The notes below the pieces were generated by a model. The model searched no databases. It saw nothing but the letters and a program-made list of their open reading frames with translations, and had not been told where the DNA came from. Of a stretch of DNA of 64,000 bases, positions 35,542 through 46,400 are shown one piece after another. Made by a program: the position numbers and the translations under genes. Source of the DNA: Hydrolagus colliei (taxonomy: Eukaryota); assembly GCA_035084275.1 (NCBI GenBank), contig JAYJKW010000483.1, positions 186,001 through 250,000 on the forward strand. The letters are read 5' to 3'. Within the stretch, counting starts at the first letter, position 1, and each line of letters begins with the position of its first letter.

Positions 35542-35587
35542 AGGAGAAGAGACACAGCAACAGACTGAGGGATATGAGGGACCTCAT
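35542..35587 (-). CDS. IGHV: VH leader exon (MRSLISLSLLLCLFS)
   Basis: ATG at 35587, 46 nt, donor CCT|GTGAGT; a 107-nt intron joins it in frame to the V exon. Confidence 0.93.
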
Positions 35588-35639
35588 CTTTCTGGCCACT
35601 TATTAGAACTGAGGCTTCTGCCCAATAACTGAGGGACCG

Positions 35640-35755
35640 GGAGCTGCCAGATGGACAGATGGGCTCAGTCCCCAGTGACCGCTATTTAACAAGGACAAGG
35701 GCGGCAGGTATTGGAGAATCGACCAATAGCTGCACGAATTGGGCGAGTCACGCCT
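35640..35755 (-). promoter_or_regulatory. Candidate VH promoter (octamer-less)
   Basis: TTAAATA at 35683-35689 (~96 nt above the ATG), three CCAAT/ATTGG within 35710-35742, CGTGACTC at ~35745-35752, and two CAGATG E-boxes at ~35648-35661; no ATGCAAAT seen within ~300 nt. Confidence 0.5.
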
Positions 35756-36399
35756 TGGATTCCCTCTGACCTGCAGAGATCAATCATTGTACCTTTATAT
35801 TCTACTTTTACACCTGATTAATATTAATATAGTTCTCAATAGTATCAGTCTCAGGGCTTAAGGGTCGTGAATGATTTCCTTCCAAGCGATTGTGTGAGGA
35901 TTTGTAAATTCAAACTAAATCAGCAGAAATACAATTTCATGGCGCAATTGGTAAAGATATGAAGAGCCTCCTTTGAAAGCCGATGAAAGAAAAAAAGTCA
36001 ATTAATTAAAGCAAATTATGTTACTTTTAGGAAATAAAATATGGAGACAAAATATATAATTTGGGAGATTGGGTATTTGTGAGTTCCGGGATGGTAGACG
36101 GCGCGATGGATCGACCTTGCTCTTATTTAATCTAACTATTCCTATTTTCCTGTTGAAACGATGATGATTATTTTAAGCCCCACGTTTGATAAAGAGCCTT
36201 ACTAGCTCAATAAAAGGTAATATTGCCATGAGTGAAATGACTGAGCATCTTGTTGCCCGAAATTAATATTGTATCCTCTGGTTGTGTAATGCAGAACAAA
36301 GCACATTTACTGAAAATAATAGCTAGGATATTTAGGAGTGAAAACGCCAAATGGCAATGGAAATCTGGAAATCACTTTCCATAAATACAGTGGATACTT

Positions 36400-36570
36400 G
36401 TTCCACCGATATGTTCAAGATTGATGTGGATAGATATCTGTTCGGTTAGCTTTGTGTTATTAAGTGATGCGTGGTAAAGACGTATATTGGGAGATGCAGT
36501 ACAGATCAGCTATGATCTTGTCGAGTTTCAGAACAGGTATGAGGGGCTGACATGCATTCTCAAATATCCA
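36400..36570 (+). mobile_element. CR1 3' end remnant
   Basis: ..GATGTGGATAGATATCTG..CAGATCAGCTATGATCTT..GAACAGGTATGAGGGGCTGA resembles the CR1 3' UTR at 1260-1390. Confidence 0.6.
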
Positions 36571-39500
36571 TGCTCCAAATGTAAAATGTTCGATATTCTA
36601 ATTAGGTTAAAATTGAGGCTGACGTTTGAAATACAGAATAATTTTATTTTCTCATCTTCAGTTGCTGCCAATTTGGGCAGGAAGAAATAAATTGTTTTGT
36701 TTCCTTCTGCGGATTTCACTTGGCGTAATATAGACATGCAATTTATTTTCCTTGCTCTTTTAATCCTTTTTTCTATTTTGTCTCTTGTCAATGTTTTTTT
36801 CTTCCTACTAATATTACCTCTCCTTTCTCTTACCTTTCTCCTTGATACCGTTGACATTGTTGAAAATATTTACAACGTTCACTTCCAGCACAATTCCAGT
36901 GATATTCATTGCCTTTTACAGGCAATGAATTTTGCTTAAATCACAAAATTTATTTTGATGAACTAATATGATGAATATAAACGATTTGATGTGTTGGCCC
37001 AGGCTTTCAATTATGGTATGATCACTTGATGTGAGAAGCAAGATGGCGAGAGCTGCTGGAGTAGTCAGATCCCAGTGAACTGCGGGGACCAAAGTCCTGA
37101 CAGTCTTCCAGGAAAAGAAGAGAAGCAACTGAAGTAACAAACTGCAAAGAAAAAAAATGTGAGGTGAAGTTTGCATCAGAAGTGCTATAAGTGGCTCATT
37201 CCTGAAACTCAAGCATCCTTACTCCACACGCAGTCAGTGAAAAATCCAGGTGTTAGTCGATTAATGGATTGCTTTCCCGGGGTAATAGTACGGTCAAAAC
37301 AAACATTATACAGTGAATCTGGTCATTATAGCAAAATCCACAAAGGCTGTTATCTTATAGCAAGCTTGACAAATCACCACAGACACCCTCGCACGACAGA
37401 ACATATATCACTGTAATATACACACTGGGTGCATAGAACGATTCAGTGCCAAGTTGACCCACAAAACACTTGGGCATTGACTGAACATGAAGCAACAATA
37501 CAATTTAAAGGTGTATAATTATCATTCCATTTTACATAGCGCCTCATTACATCTTCCAGACTTCTGGAAGGGTTGTTCAGAATATACTGTAAAGAGTTGT
37601 GGGACAAATACGGTACATAATTGTATTAGTTTTTATTTTTGAATTATTATTAAAGATACTTTTTCCTGACATTGTTATTTACAAGCACCAGGACAATCCT
37701 GGTAATCAGTCAGTAATTGAAAGCGTCCTTTTTTACATCTTTCGGAATGAACCCAAATCATGTAATCATTTTTAGATGATGAATATCTAATACATTTGAA
37801 AAAGCTCATTTGAATATTCGTAACTCAAGATTGGTCTATATTAGTATGTTTTTGGTGTATTGGCAGATGTATCCGGCAAAGTATTCAATAACAAAGTATT
37901 CAATAACGTTTTCTGTTGAAATTAAAGAACTCCCAAGCCCCTGGAGCTGTATTTGCTTCGGCAGCAATTCTCTCTAACTTCATTTCTTAATTGTGTCTGC
38001 ACATTCCTGCATGTCCTGGCTTATTATATATCAATTATTCACCTTAACCAACGTACCAAAAGACTGTGATTATGGCATCCTTAGGTTTTGGTATTGCATG
38101 GAATATGTGTGTTGTTACGCAGTCTCATTGTGAAAATGTCATCAAGTATCCGAGTTGATGAATAATGAACTGTGTTTTTATATTGTGGTATATCTATAAT
38201 ATAACGAGGCAGAGATAGACAGGTACATTATCCTGTAAATAATATGATAACGCCTTACATTCAGCTGGTAATGTGATTATTTATTCCCTGGAAGGTTAAG
38301 CCGGTACTGATATATCTTCTGTATTGTCTGTAGTAATCTTGCAGATAAAATAAATAAGAGGGGCTGGCTTCATTTAGCATCCATTAGAATCGATGGCAAG
38401 TCTTCAGTCCTCATATTGCTGTACTGGTTTGTGTTCATTTCTGTTATATTAATTCAAGATTGCGTATTTATAGGAAGTTAATTTTGGAAGAGTTAACAGA
38501 ATAATTTATCTGGATGAAATGTTTAGTCGCAAAATGCTACACAAGTTGCTGTTTTTCGTATCTAACGTTATCTGACTAGGAATAATCTGGAAAGATGTTT
38601 CACATAGGGTGAGTCGGGCTACCTTCAGGTGGGGTGGAATCTCAGAATAGAATTGTCAGGAAGCAGCTGTGAGTGTGTGCAGTCAGTCATTGAGTAGCTT
38701 CCTGCCCTCACACCCTGGCGCCCACACCCTGACTTTTTATACATTAATGCACTTCCCACCAAAAACAGCAGCATCGTCAGCGACACCTGTTTGGTCACCA
38801 AAGCAGCTGCGATTCTCAGACCAGAAATGGTAGTCCAAATACGGATAATAATAGTTTAGACCTAATCTATTTGTGAAAGCGGCTTTCACACCGGACGAAC
38901 AGCTGAAAACACGTGGATGGTTGACTTTAAAATGTGGTGAAGCCCTTTTCAAATCAACTTAATTCAACCATTTACCCATTCAAGTCTTGCGATTTCCTCC
39001 ACAAATTTTTGTCGTTTTCTGTGACAGAAGGTACTTTGTGCAACAAAATATGCTAAGGATCAGACCATTGTGAGTGGTAATATAATTTATCTTCTGGGTG
39101 AATTCCATTTAAAATGCCTAGGTTTGGCATATGTCAATCTAATATTATAGATTACATTAATTATTCAGTTACATTAATCTTGTGATATATTTAAACTCCT
39201 GGTTGAATGAGAAATTGGGATAACAATTATTATTGTTCTGAGTGAAAGTGTGCGGGCTGATACACAATTTAGAGATGACTGAACTCACAGTTTAATTGAA
39301 GAACAAGTAAAACATTATATACACTTTGCAGTGAAATCCATAGCGATTGTACCGTATCAATGATTTCAGATGCAATACTAAATTAGTCTGCCTGTATTAT
39401 TTACTCATTATTAGATTGTTACACAACTGTATTAGTTGTCTCTAAGCAAACGTTTGAAGTACACTGCACTCCATCTGTTACAATGTCAGACAGGCCCCTT

Positions 39501-40339
39501 CCCCACCTCACAGCTTCCCCTTGTGGAATGGATATGGTCGGCCTGAGGTTTGGGGAATTATTTTGATTGACGGAATAGCTATTTTAAATCACAGTTGTAA
39601 TATATTCATTTGGTAATTCATTCAATTGATGCAATTTTTAATTGAAACCCGAGCGTTACCAAATTCTTAAAAGATATTTTCAAAAATAGTAATCCCTTTG
39701 TGCACCAGTAATTATACGGACAAATGGAAGAGATTCGGATACATTCGTTTACCCTTCGAACATTATACCAAAACAGCGTTAGGCAGGAATAAACAATATG
39801 AATAAATAATCAGTTGAGTTTCTATGCGTGATGTGTCAGAGAGACGTGTTCAACCAGGATGATTCCTAGAGCAGCAAGTTATGGTGAAAGAACAGACGAG
39901 CTTGGAGCTTTTCTATCTCCAGAATAGCCGACAAAAGTGAGATCAAATAGAGCTGCTTAAAACTTATCTGGAATTGTTGAAGTAAAGCCGGATAAATATT
40001 TTTGTTTGCAAGAAGCAAGCAGAAGTTTTGGCCGCAACATTCTGGATATTATGCGACATTTCATTCCGCACAACAGAATATGTTTCTTCTCTCAGTGAGC
40101 AATATACAACTGGCACGTGTTGATCAGATATGTGTTTCTTAGAAACTGTATTCAGTAAAAAATATCCTGCGTTGTGGCAGCATGATTGTTGTTGAGGAAG
40201 GATTGTATGGGTTGTGACCAAGGGGATTATTTTTCTAATCCTGTTAGCACAGAATCAAACTCTGACATGTGGTGGCTAGCTTCCTCAAGAGAAGACTCGC
40301 TCGAGGAACTCCAAATGTTTTATATATGAAAATATAGTG

Positions 40340-40630
40340 AGTGAGTGAGTGAGTTCGTTAGTCAGTGAGTCAGTGAGGGGGGAGGGAGGGAGGGAGATAT
40401 CTAGCTAGGTAGGTAGGTAGATAGTTAGTTAGTTAGTTCGTTCGTTAGCTGTTTGGTTGGTTGGTTGGTTAGTTAGTTGGTTAATTAGTTAGTTAGTTAG
40501 TTAGTTAGTTGGTTGGTTAGTTGGTTAGTTAGTTAGTCGGTCGGACGGACGGACGGTAGGACGGACGGTCAATCGGTCGTTCGATCGGTCGTTAAGGGAG
40601 TCGGCCATTCGATCGGTCGGTTAGTTCATT
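40340..40630. repeat. Compound tetranucleotide microsatellite (GAGT/TAGG/GTTA/GGTT/GGAC/GGTC)
   Basis: Read directly from the sequence. Confidence 0.9.
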
Positions 40631-41049
40631 AGTTATTACTTTGGCTGCAGTGTACTTCCCTATCCTGCCATTGAGCCATTCTGGGTAGTGCCGACTAAGT
40701 GCGGACTTTCCTTGTTCAGAGACCGGATTAGAAATTGTCCTGGACTGGATTCTGATATTGTGCTACTAAGCAACAATTCCCCTCTATTCAGGCCTGCTCC
40801 TCTCCCCTCAATGACCTCAAGAACGCAAACCCCAACCAAAGTATTGAATGGCAATAACAGGGTGCAATGGCTCTCTCTGGCGGCAGCACATACGTTTCTT
40901 CATCATTTGTATACACAGTGAATGATTGTGTAATACGAAAAATCCGTGCAGTTGATAGAGTGGAATTCATATCTTCCAGACGTCTGAAAGCGCTTCAAAG
41001 AACACAATGTTAAGATGAATTGACTGTATTTGGGGGGCGAATCTTGCCC

Positions 41050-41110
41050 AATGTTGGAATCGAATTCAGGTCTCTCATTTGTAAGGCGAGCCCTCTAACC
41101 ACTGTGTCAT
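41050..41110 (-). mobile_element. tRNA-derived SINE head
   Basis: Minus strand GACACAGTGGTTAGAGGGCTCGCCTTACAAATGAGAGACCTGAATTCGATTCC. Confidence 0.6.
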
Positions 41111-41329
41111 GGGATTCAGTGATGAAAACTCTATTTGCATAAACACATGATGTGGAATGAAAATAGGTTGGTAAGTTATAACGAAACACAGATAGAAAGA
41201 TCCGGAATAGTTATTCCACAAGAACGGCTCAATAAATATAGATGACCTTGTTTCTCTTGAAAACGGTAAGAATTTCTGAAATGAATGATGTTGCCGCAGT
41301 TAGCCACCGGGAGGGGTGGTGGTGGGGAG

Positions 41330-42750
41330 AACTTGAAAGAGAGATACTCACAGAATGAGATAGAGAGAGTGAGGGAGAGAGTCTCAGATATTCACACTGA
41401 GGGAGACACATGGAGCGAGGGAGAGACACCCACAGGTTCTGTATGACTGTCTATTTCTGGGAAAGACAAACACACCCGAGAGAGTAAGACACACACACAT
41501 ATACACTCGCAGCCTCACATACAGAGAGAGACACACACACAAATACACTCGCAGCCTCACATACACAGAGAGAGATACGCGCACATTCACACGCCTTAAA
41601 GACACTGGGAGAGAGATGCAAAAGAGAGAGAGAGGTGGGGTGGGGGTGGGAAACAGGCACACATACTGAGTGTCAGAGAGAGACACAGAGAGAGAGAGAG
41701 AGAGAGGCGGTGGGGTGGGGAGAAACACACTCATACAGAGAGAGAGGGAGACGGTAGACATACATATATAGAGAGAAAGTGTGGAAACATTCACACATAT
41801 AGAGCGAGCGACACACACATTTACAGAGTGAGAGAGTGTGGGAGACACATTAATATACACAGAGAAAGGAGGGCGACAAACATACAGATAGAGAGACACA
41901 CACACACACACAAGCAGAGAGAGGACTGAGAAACATACTCATAAAGAGAGGGGAGACACACATTTGCATAGAGAGAGGGGGGAGACACAAACAGATACAT
42001 AGAGGGAGAAATATAGACACACATACATACAGAGAGAGGTGAGGATAGACACACACATATACAGTAAGGGGGGTGGGAGGCACACACATACAGAGACGGG
42101 AGGGGGGTGAGAGACACATGCAGAGAGCGCTGGCGAGAAACATACTCATATGGAGAGAGGGAGAGGCACAGAGAGAGTGAGGGGAACACACACACATTCA
42201 GAAAGAGAGGAGACACCCATATATACAGATATATATATATGGAGAGAGGGGGAGAAATACAACCATATAAAGAGATGAGGGGGGAGACATACATCTATAG
42301 GGAGGTTGGAGACATACACACATATGGAGCAAGAACACGCTCTCCTGCAGAGAGAGGGACAGAAGGTGTGGGAGACACATACACAGAAACATAGGGATCG
42401 GGGGATACACACACAGAATGAGAGAGACACGCACACACACATTCAGTGGGGGGGAGGCTAGAAACATACACACAGAGACAGGGTGGGAGACACACACACT
42501 CAGCCCCCGCCTCTCACACAGAGACACACAGCCCCCACACATACACAACCCCTCGCACAGAAACACAGCCACACCCCCCACATACAGGCCCCTCACACAT
42601 CCACCCACACCCCAGACATACAGCTCCCCCTTCCCACACACATACACTCAGCCCCTCCACACACATAAAGCGCCTCACGCAGAAATACACCCCCCCCCCC
42701 CCGCTCCCCCACACGCACATAGTAACCCCTCAAACAGCCACACAGTCCCC
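41330..42750. repeat. GA/CA-rich low-complexity block related to the 50-62 kb units
   Basis: Shares words such as CACATATACACTCGCAG(G)CCTCA and GACTGTCT..CTGGGA with 50.5-54.5 kb. Confidence 0.7.
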
Positions 42751-42799
42751 CCCACACCCACATCCAGTTATAATGTGTATGTTGCTGCAGTCCTGCAGC

Positions 42800-42885
42800 T
42801 CAGTATTTGGAGCAATCGCCTTACAAGCCAGAGAACTGGGTTCAATTCCAGACAGGGGGCAGCAGCTTGGGCAGGTTTCCATCTC
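42800..42885 (+). mobile_element. tRNA-derived SINE head
   Basis: CAGCTCAGTATTTGGAGCAATCGCCTTACAAGCCAGAGAACTGGGTTCAATTCCAG..TTGGGCAGG. Confidence 0.6.
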
Positions 42886-43089
42886 CACACGTCTAATAAC
42901 CCCACATACACAAATAATTACATAATACTGACAACATTATTAGATAAGCAATAATAATTAATTAATTCATTAATTTGGGGGAAAAAAGAAATACGAAACA
43001 ATTAAAAATAATTAAAAAATTGATTTTAAAAATTAATTTTTAAAAATGTAAATTGAATAAAAGCCAAATATCAGTGGGCGGGTCTCTCT

Positions 43090-43283
43090 CTCTCTCCTGT
43101 CAATCACTGATTACCAGGGAAACGGGCGGGGCGTCTCTCGCTCCCTTTCCTGTCAATGATTGGTTACCTGGGAAACGGAGGCCGTCTCTCTCTCTCTCCT
43201 GTCAATCACTGGTTACCATGGAGACAGTGCTGCGCGCAGGCAAACTACGTCATCAACGTCCGTCAGCAGGTCACGTGGTGAGT
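43090..43283 (+). promoter_or_regulatory. Promoter-like module: 3x [PBX/PREP decamer + RFX X-box], GC box, CRE-like, E-box, then splice donor
   Basis: CCTGTCAAT(C/G)A(C/T)TG(A/G)TTACC(A/T)(G/T)GGA(A/G)AC at 43096, 43149 and 43198; GGGCGGGG at 43124; ACGTCA at ~43247; CACGTG at 43272-43277 followed by GTGAGT at 43278-43283. Confidence 0.55.
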
Positions 43284-43454
43284 GTCCCCGCTGGCGGCGG
43301 CAGAGACACAGAGAGAGGAGAAGGTGGGAGCTGCCTGTGTACAGCCTGAGATACACAGAGAGAAGGTGGGAGCTGCCTGTGTACAGCCTGAGATACACAG
43401 AGAGAAGGTGGGAGAGAGAGAGAGACTGTGTGTGTGTGTCCCTGTAGGAGGGCC

Positions 43455-46400
43455 TGGTGTGTGTGTGGCTGCTGTGTGTGTGTGGCTGTTGTGTGTGTGT
43501 GTGTGTGTGGCTGCTGTGTGTGTGTGTATGTGTGGCTGCTGTGTGTGTGGCTGCTGTGTGTGTGTGGCTGCTGTGTGTGTGTGTGTGTGTGGCTGCTGTG
43601 TGTGTGTGGCTGCTGTGTGTGTGTGTGTGTGGCTGCTGTGTGTGTGTGGCTGCTGTGTGTGTGTGGCTGTTGTGTGTGTGTGTGTGTGTGGCTGCTGTGT
43701 GTGTGTGGCTGCTGTGTGTGTGTGGCTGCTGTGTGTGTGTGTGTGTGGCTGCTGTGTGTGTGTGTGTGTGGCTGCTGTGTGTGTGTGTGTGTGGCTGCTG
43801 TGTGTGTGTGGCTGCTGTGTGTGTGTGTGTGTGGCTGCTGTGTGTGTGTGCGGCTGCTGTGTGTGTGTGGCTGCTGTGTGTGTGTGTGTGGCTGTGTGTG
43901 TGGCTGTGTGTGTGTGTGTGTGTGTGGCTGCTGTGTGTGTGTGTGGCTGCTGTGTGTGTGTGGCTGCTGTGTGTGTGTGTGGCTGCTGTGTGTGTGTGTG
44001 GCTGCTGTGTGTGTGTGTGCCTGTGGCTGCTGTGTGTGTGTGCGGCTGCTGTGTGTGTGTGTGTGTGGCTGCTGTGTGTGTGTGTGCCTGTGGCTGCTGT
44101 GTGTGTGTGTGTGTGGCTGCTGTGTGTGTGTGTGTGGCTGCTGTGTGTGTGTGTGTGTGGCTGCTGTGTGTGTGTGTGGCTGCTGTGTGTGTGTGTGTGT
44201 GTGGCTGCTGTGTGTGTGTGTGTGGCTGTGTGTGTGGCTGTGTGTGTGTGTGTGTGTGTGTGTGTGGCTGCTGTGTGTGTGTGTGGCTGCTGTGTGTGTG
44301 TGTGTGGCTGCTGTGTGTGTGTGTGGCTGCTGTGTGTGTGTGTGGCTGCTGTGTGTGTGTGTGTGTGTGGCTGCTGTGTGTGTGTGTGTGTGGCTGCTGT
44401 GTGTGTGGCTGCTGTCTGTGTGTGTGTGGCTGCTGTGTGTGTGTGTGGCTGCTGTGTGTGTGTGTGTCTGTGTGTGTGTGTGTGTGGCTGCTGTGTGTGT
44501 GTGGCTGCTGTGTGTGTGTGGCTGCTGTGTGTGTGTGTGTGTGGCTGCTGTGTGTGTGTGTGTGTGGCTGCTGTGTGTGTGTGTGTGTGGCTGCTGTGTG
44601 TGTGTGGCTGCTGTGTGTGTGTGTGTGTGGCTGCTGTGTGTGTGTGCGGCTGCTGTGTGTGTGTGGCTGCTGTGTGTGTGTGTGTGGCTGTGTGTGTGGC
44701 TGTGTGTGTGTGTGTGTGTGTGGCTGCTGTGTGTGTGTGTGGCTGCTGTGTGTGTGTGGCTGCTGTGTGTGTGTGTGGCTGCTGTGTGTGTGTGTGGCTG
44801 CTGTGTGTGTGTGTGCCTGTGGCTGCTGTGTGTGTGTGCGGCTGCTGTGTGTGTGTGTGTGTGGCTGCTGTGTGTGTGTGTGCCTGTGGCTGCTGTGTGT
44901 GTGTGTGTGTGGCTGCTGTGTGTGTGTGTGTGGCTGCTGTGTGTGTGTGTGTGTGGCTGCTGTGTGTGTGTGTGGCTGCTGTGTGTGTGTGTGTGTGTGG
45001 CTGCTGTGTGTGTGTGTGTGGCTGTGTGTGTGGCTGTGTGTGTGTGTGTGTGTGTGTGTGTGGCTGCTGTGTGTGTGTGTGGCTGCTGTGTGTGTGTGTG
45101 TGGCTGCTGTGTGTGTGTGTGGCTGCTGTGTGTGTGTGTGGCTGCTGTGTGTGTGTGTGTGTGTGGCTGCTGTGTGTGTGTGTGTGTGGCTGCTGTGTGT
45201 GTGGCTGCTGTCTGTGTGTGTGTGGCTGCTGTGTGTGTGTGTGGCTGCTGTGTGTGTGTGTGTCTGTGTGTGTGTGGCTGCNNNNNNNNNNNNNNNNNNN
45301 NNNNNNNNNNNNNNNNNNNNNNNNNNNNNNNNNNNNNNNNNNNNNNNNNNNNNNNNNNNNNNNNNNNNNNNNNNNNNNNNNNNNNNNNNNNNNNNNNNNN
45401 NNNNNNNNNNNNNNNNNNNNNNNNNNNNNNNNNNNNNNNNNNNNNNNNNNNNNNNNNNNNNNNNNNNNNNNNNNNNNNNGCTGCTGTGTGTGTGTGTGGC
45501 TGCTGTGTGTGTGTGTGGCTGCTGTGTGTGTGTGTCTGTGTGTGTGTGGCTGCTGTGTGTGTGTGGCTGCTGTGTGTGTGTGTGTGGCTGCTGTGTGTGT
45601 GTGTGGCTGCTGTGTGTGTGTGTGTGTGGCTGCTGTGTGTGTGTGTGTGGCTGCTGTGTGTGTGTGTGTGTGGCTGCTGTGTGTGTGTGGCTGCTGTGTG
45701 TGTGTGTGGCTGCTGTGTGTGTGTGTGTGTGGCTGCTGTGTGTGTGTGGCTGCTGTGTGTGTGTGTGTGTGGCTGCTATGAGTGTGTGTGTGTGTGGCTG
45801 CTATGTGTGTGTGTGTGTGTGGCTGCTGTGTGTGTGTGTGTGTGGCTGCTGTGTGTGTGTGGCTGCTGTGTGTGTGTGTGTGGCTGTGTGTGTGGCTGTG
45901 TGTGTGTGTGTGTGTGGCTGCTGTGTGTGTGTGTGGCTGCTGTGTGTGTGTGTGTGTGGCTGCTGTGTGTGTGTGTGGCTGCTGTGTGTGTGTGTGGCTG
46001 CTGTGTGTGTGTGTGTGTGTGGCTGCTGTGTGTGTGTGTGTGGCTGCTGTGTGTGTGTGTGTGTGTGGCTGCTGTGTGTGTGTGTGGCTGCTGTGTGTGT
46101 GTGTGTGTGTGGCTGTGTGAGTGTGTGTGTGTGTGGCTGCTGTGTGTGTGTGTGGCTGCTGTGTTTGTGTGTGGCTGCTGTGTTTGTGTGTGGCTGCTGT
46201 GTGTGTGTGTGGCTGCTGTGTGTGTGTGTGTGTGGCTGCTGTGTGTGTGTGTGGCTGCTGTGTGTGTGTGTGTGTGTGGCTGCTGTGTGTGTGGCTGCTG
46301 TCTGTGTGTGTGTGGCTGCTGTCNNNNNNNNNNNNNNNNNNNNNNNNNNNNNNNNNNNNNNNNNNNNNNNNNNNNNNNNNNNNNNNNNNNNNNNNNNNNN

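Noticed and set aside
22654-35587. Assignment as IgNAR, IgW or TCR delta/NAR-TCR
   Set aside because: The V has a full CDR2 and VH-like FR1/FR3; CH3, CH4, the tail (VNISLVLMDTVNACQ) and the TM exons are mu-type; two D segments with a 12/22 and 12/12 layout.
36600-36900. Possible L1/Tx1 endonuclease start (NVNGIKEKGKRK, minus strand)
   Set aside because: A single short motif in purine-rich sequence with no further APE motifs.
38825-38870. J-like text YYYPYLDY on the minus strand
   Set aside because: No WGxG motif, RSS or donor, and it lies upstream of V.
43090-43283. MHC class II-type S-X-Y module
   Set aside because: X-boxes are triplicated and paired with TGATTGACAG rather than the S/X2/Y spacing; no MHC exons seen.
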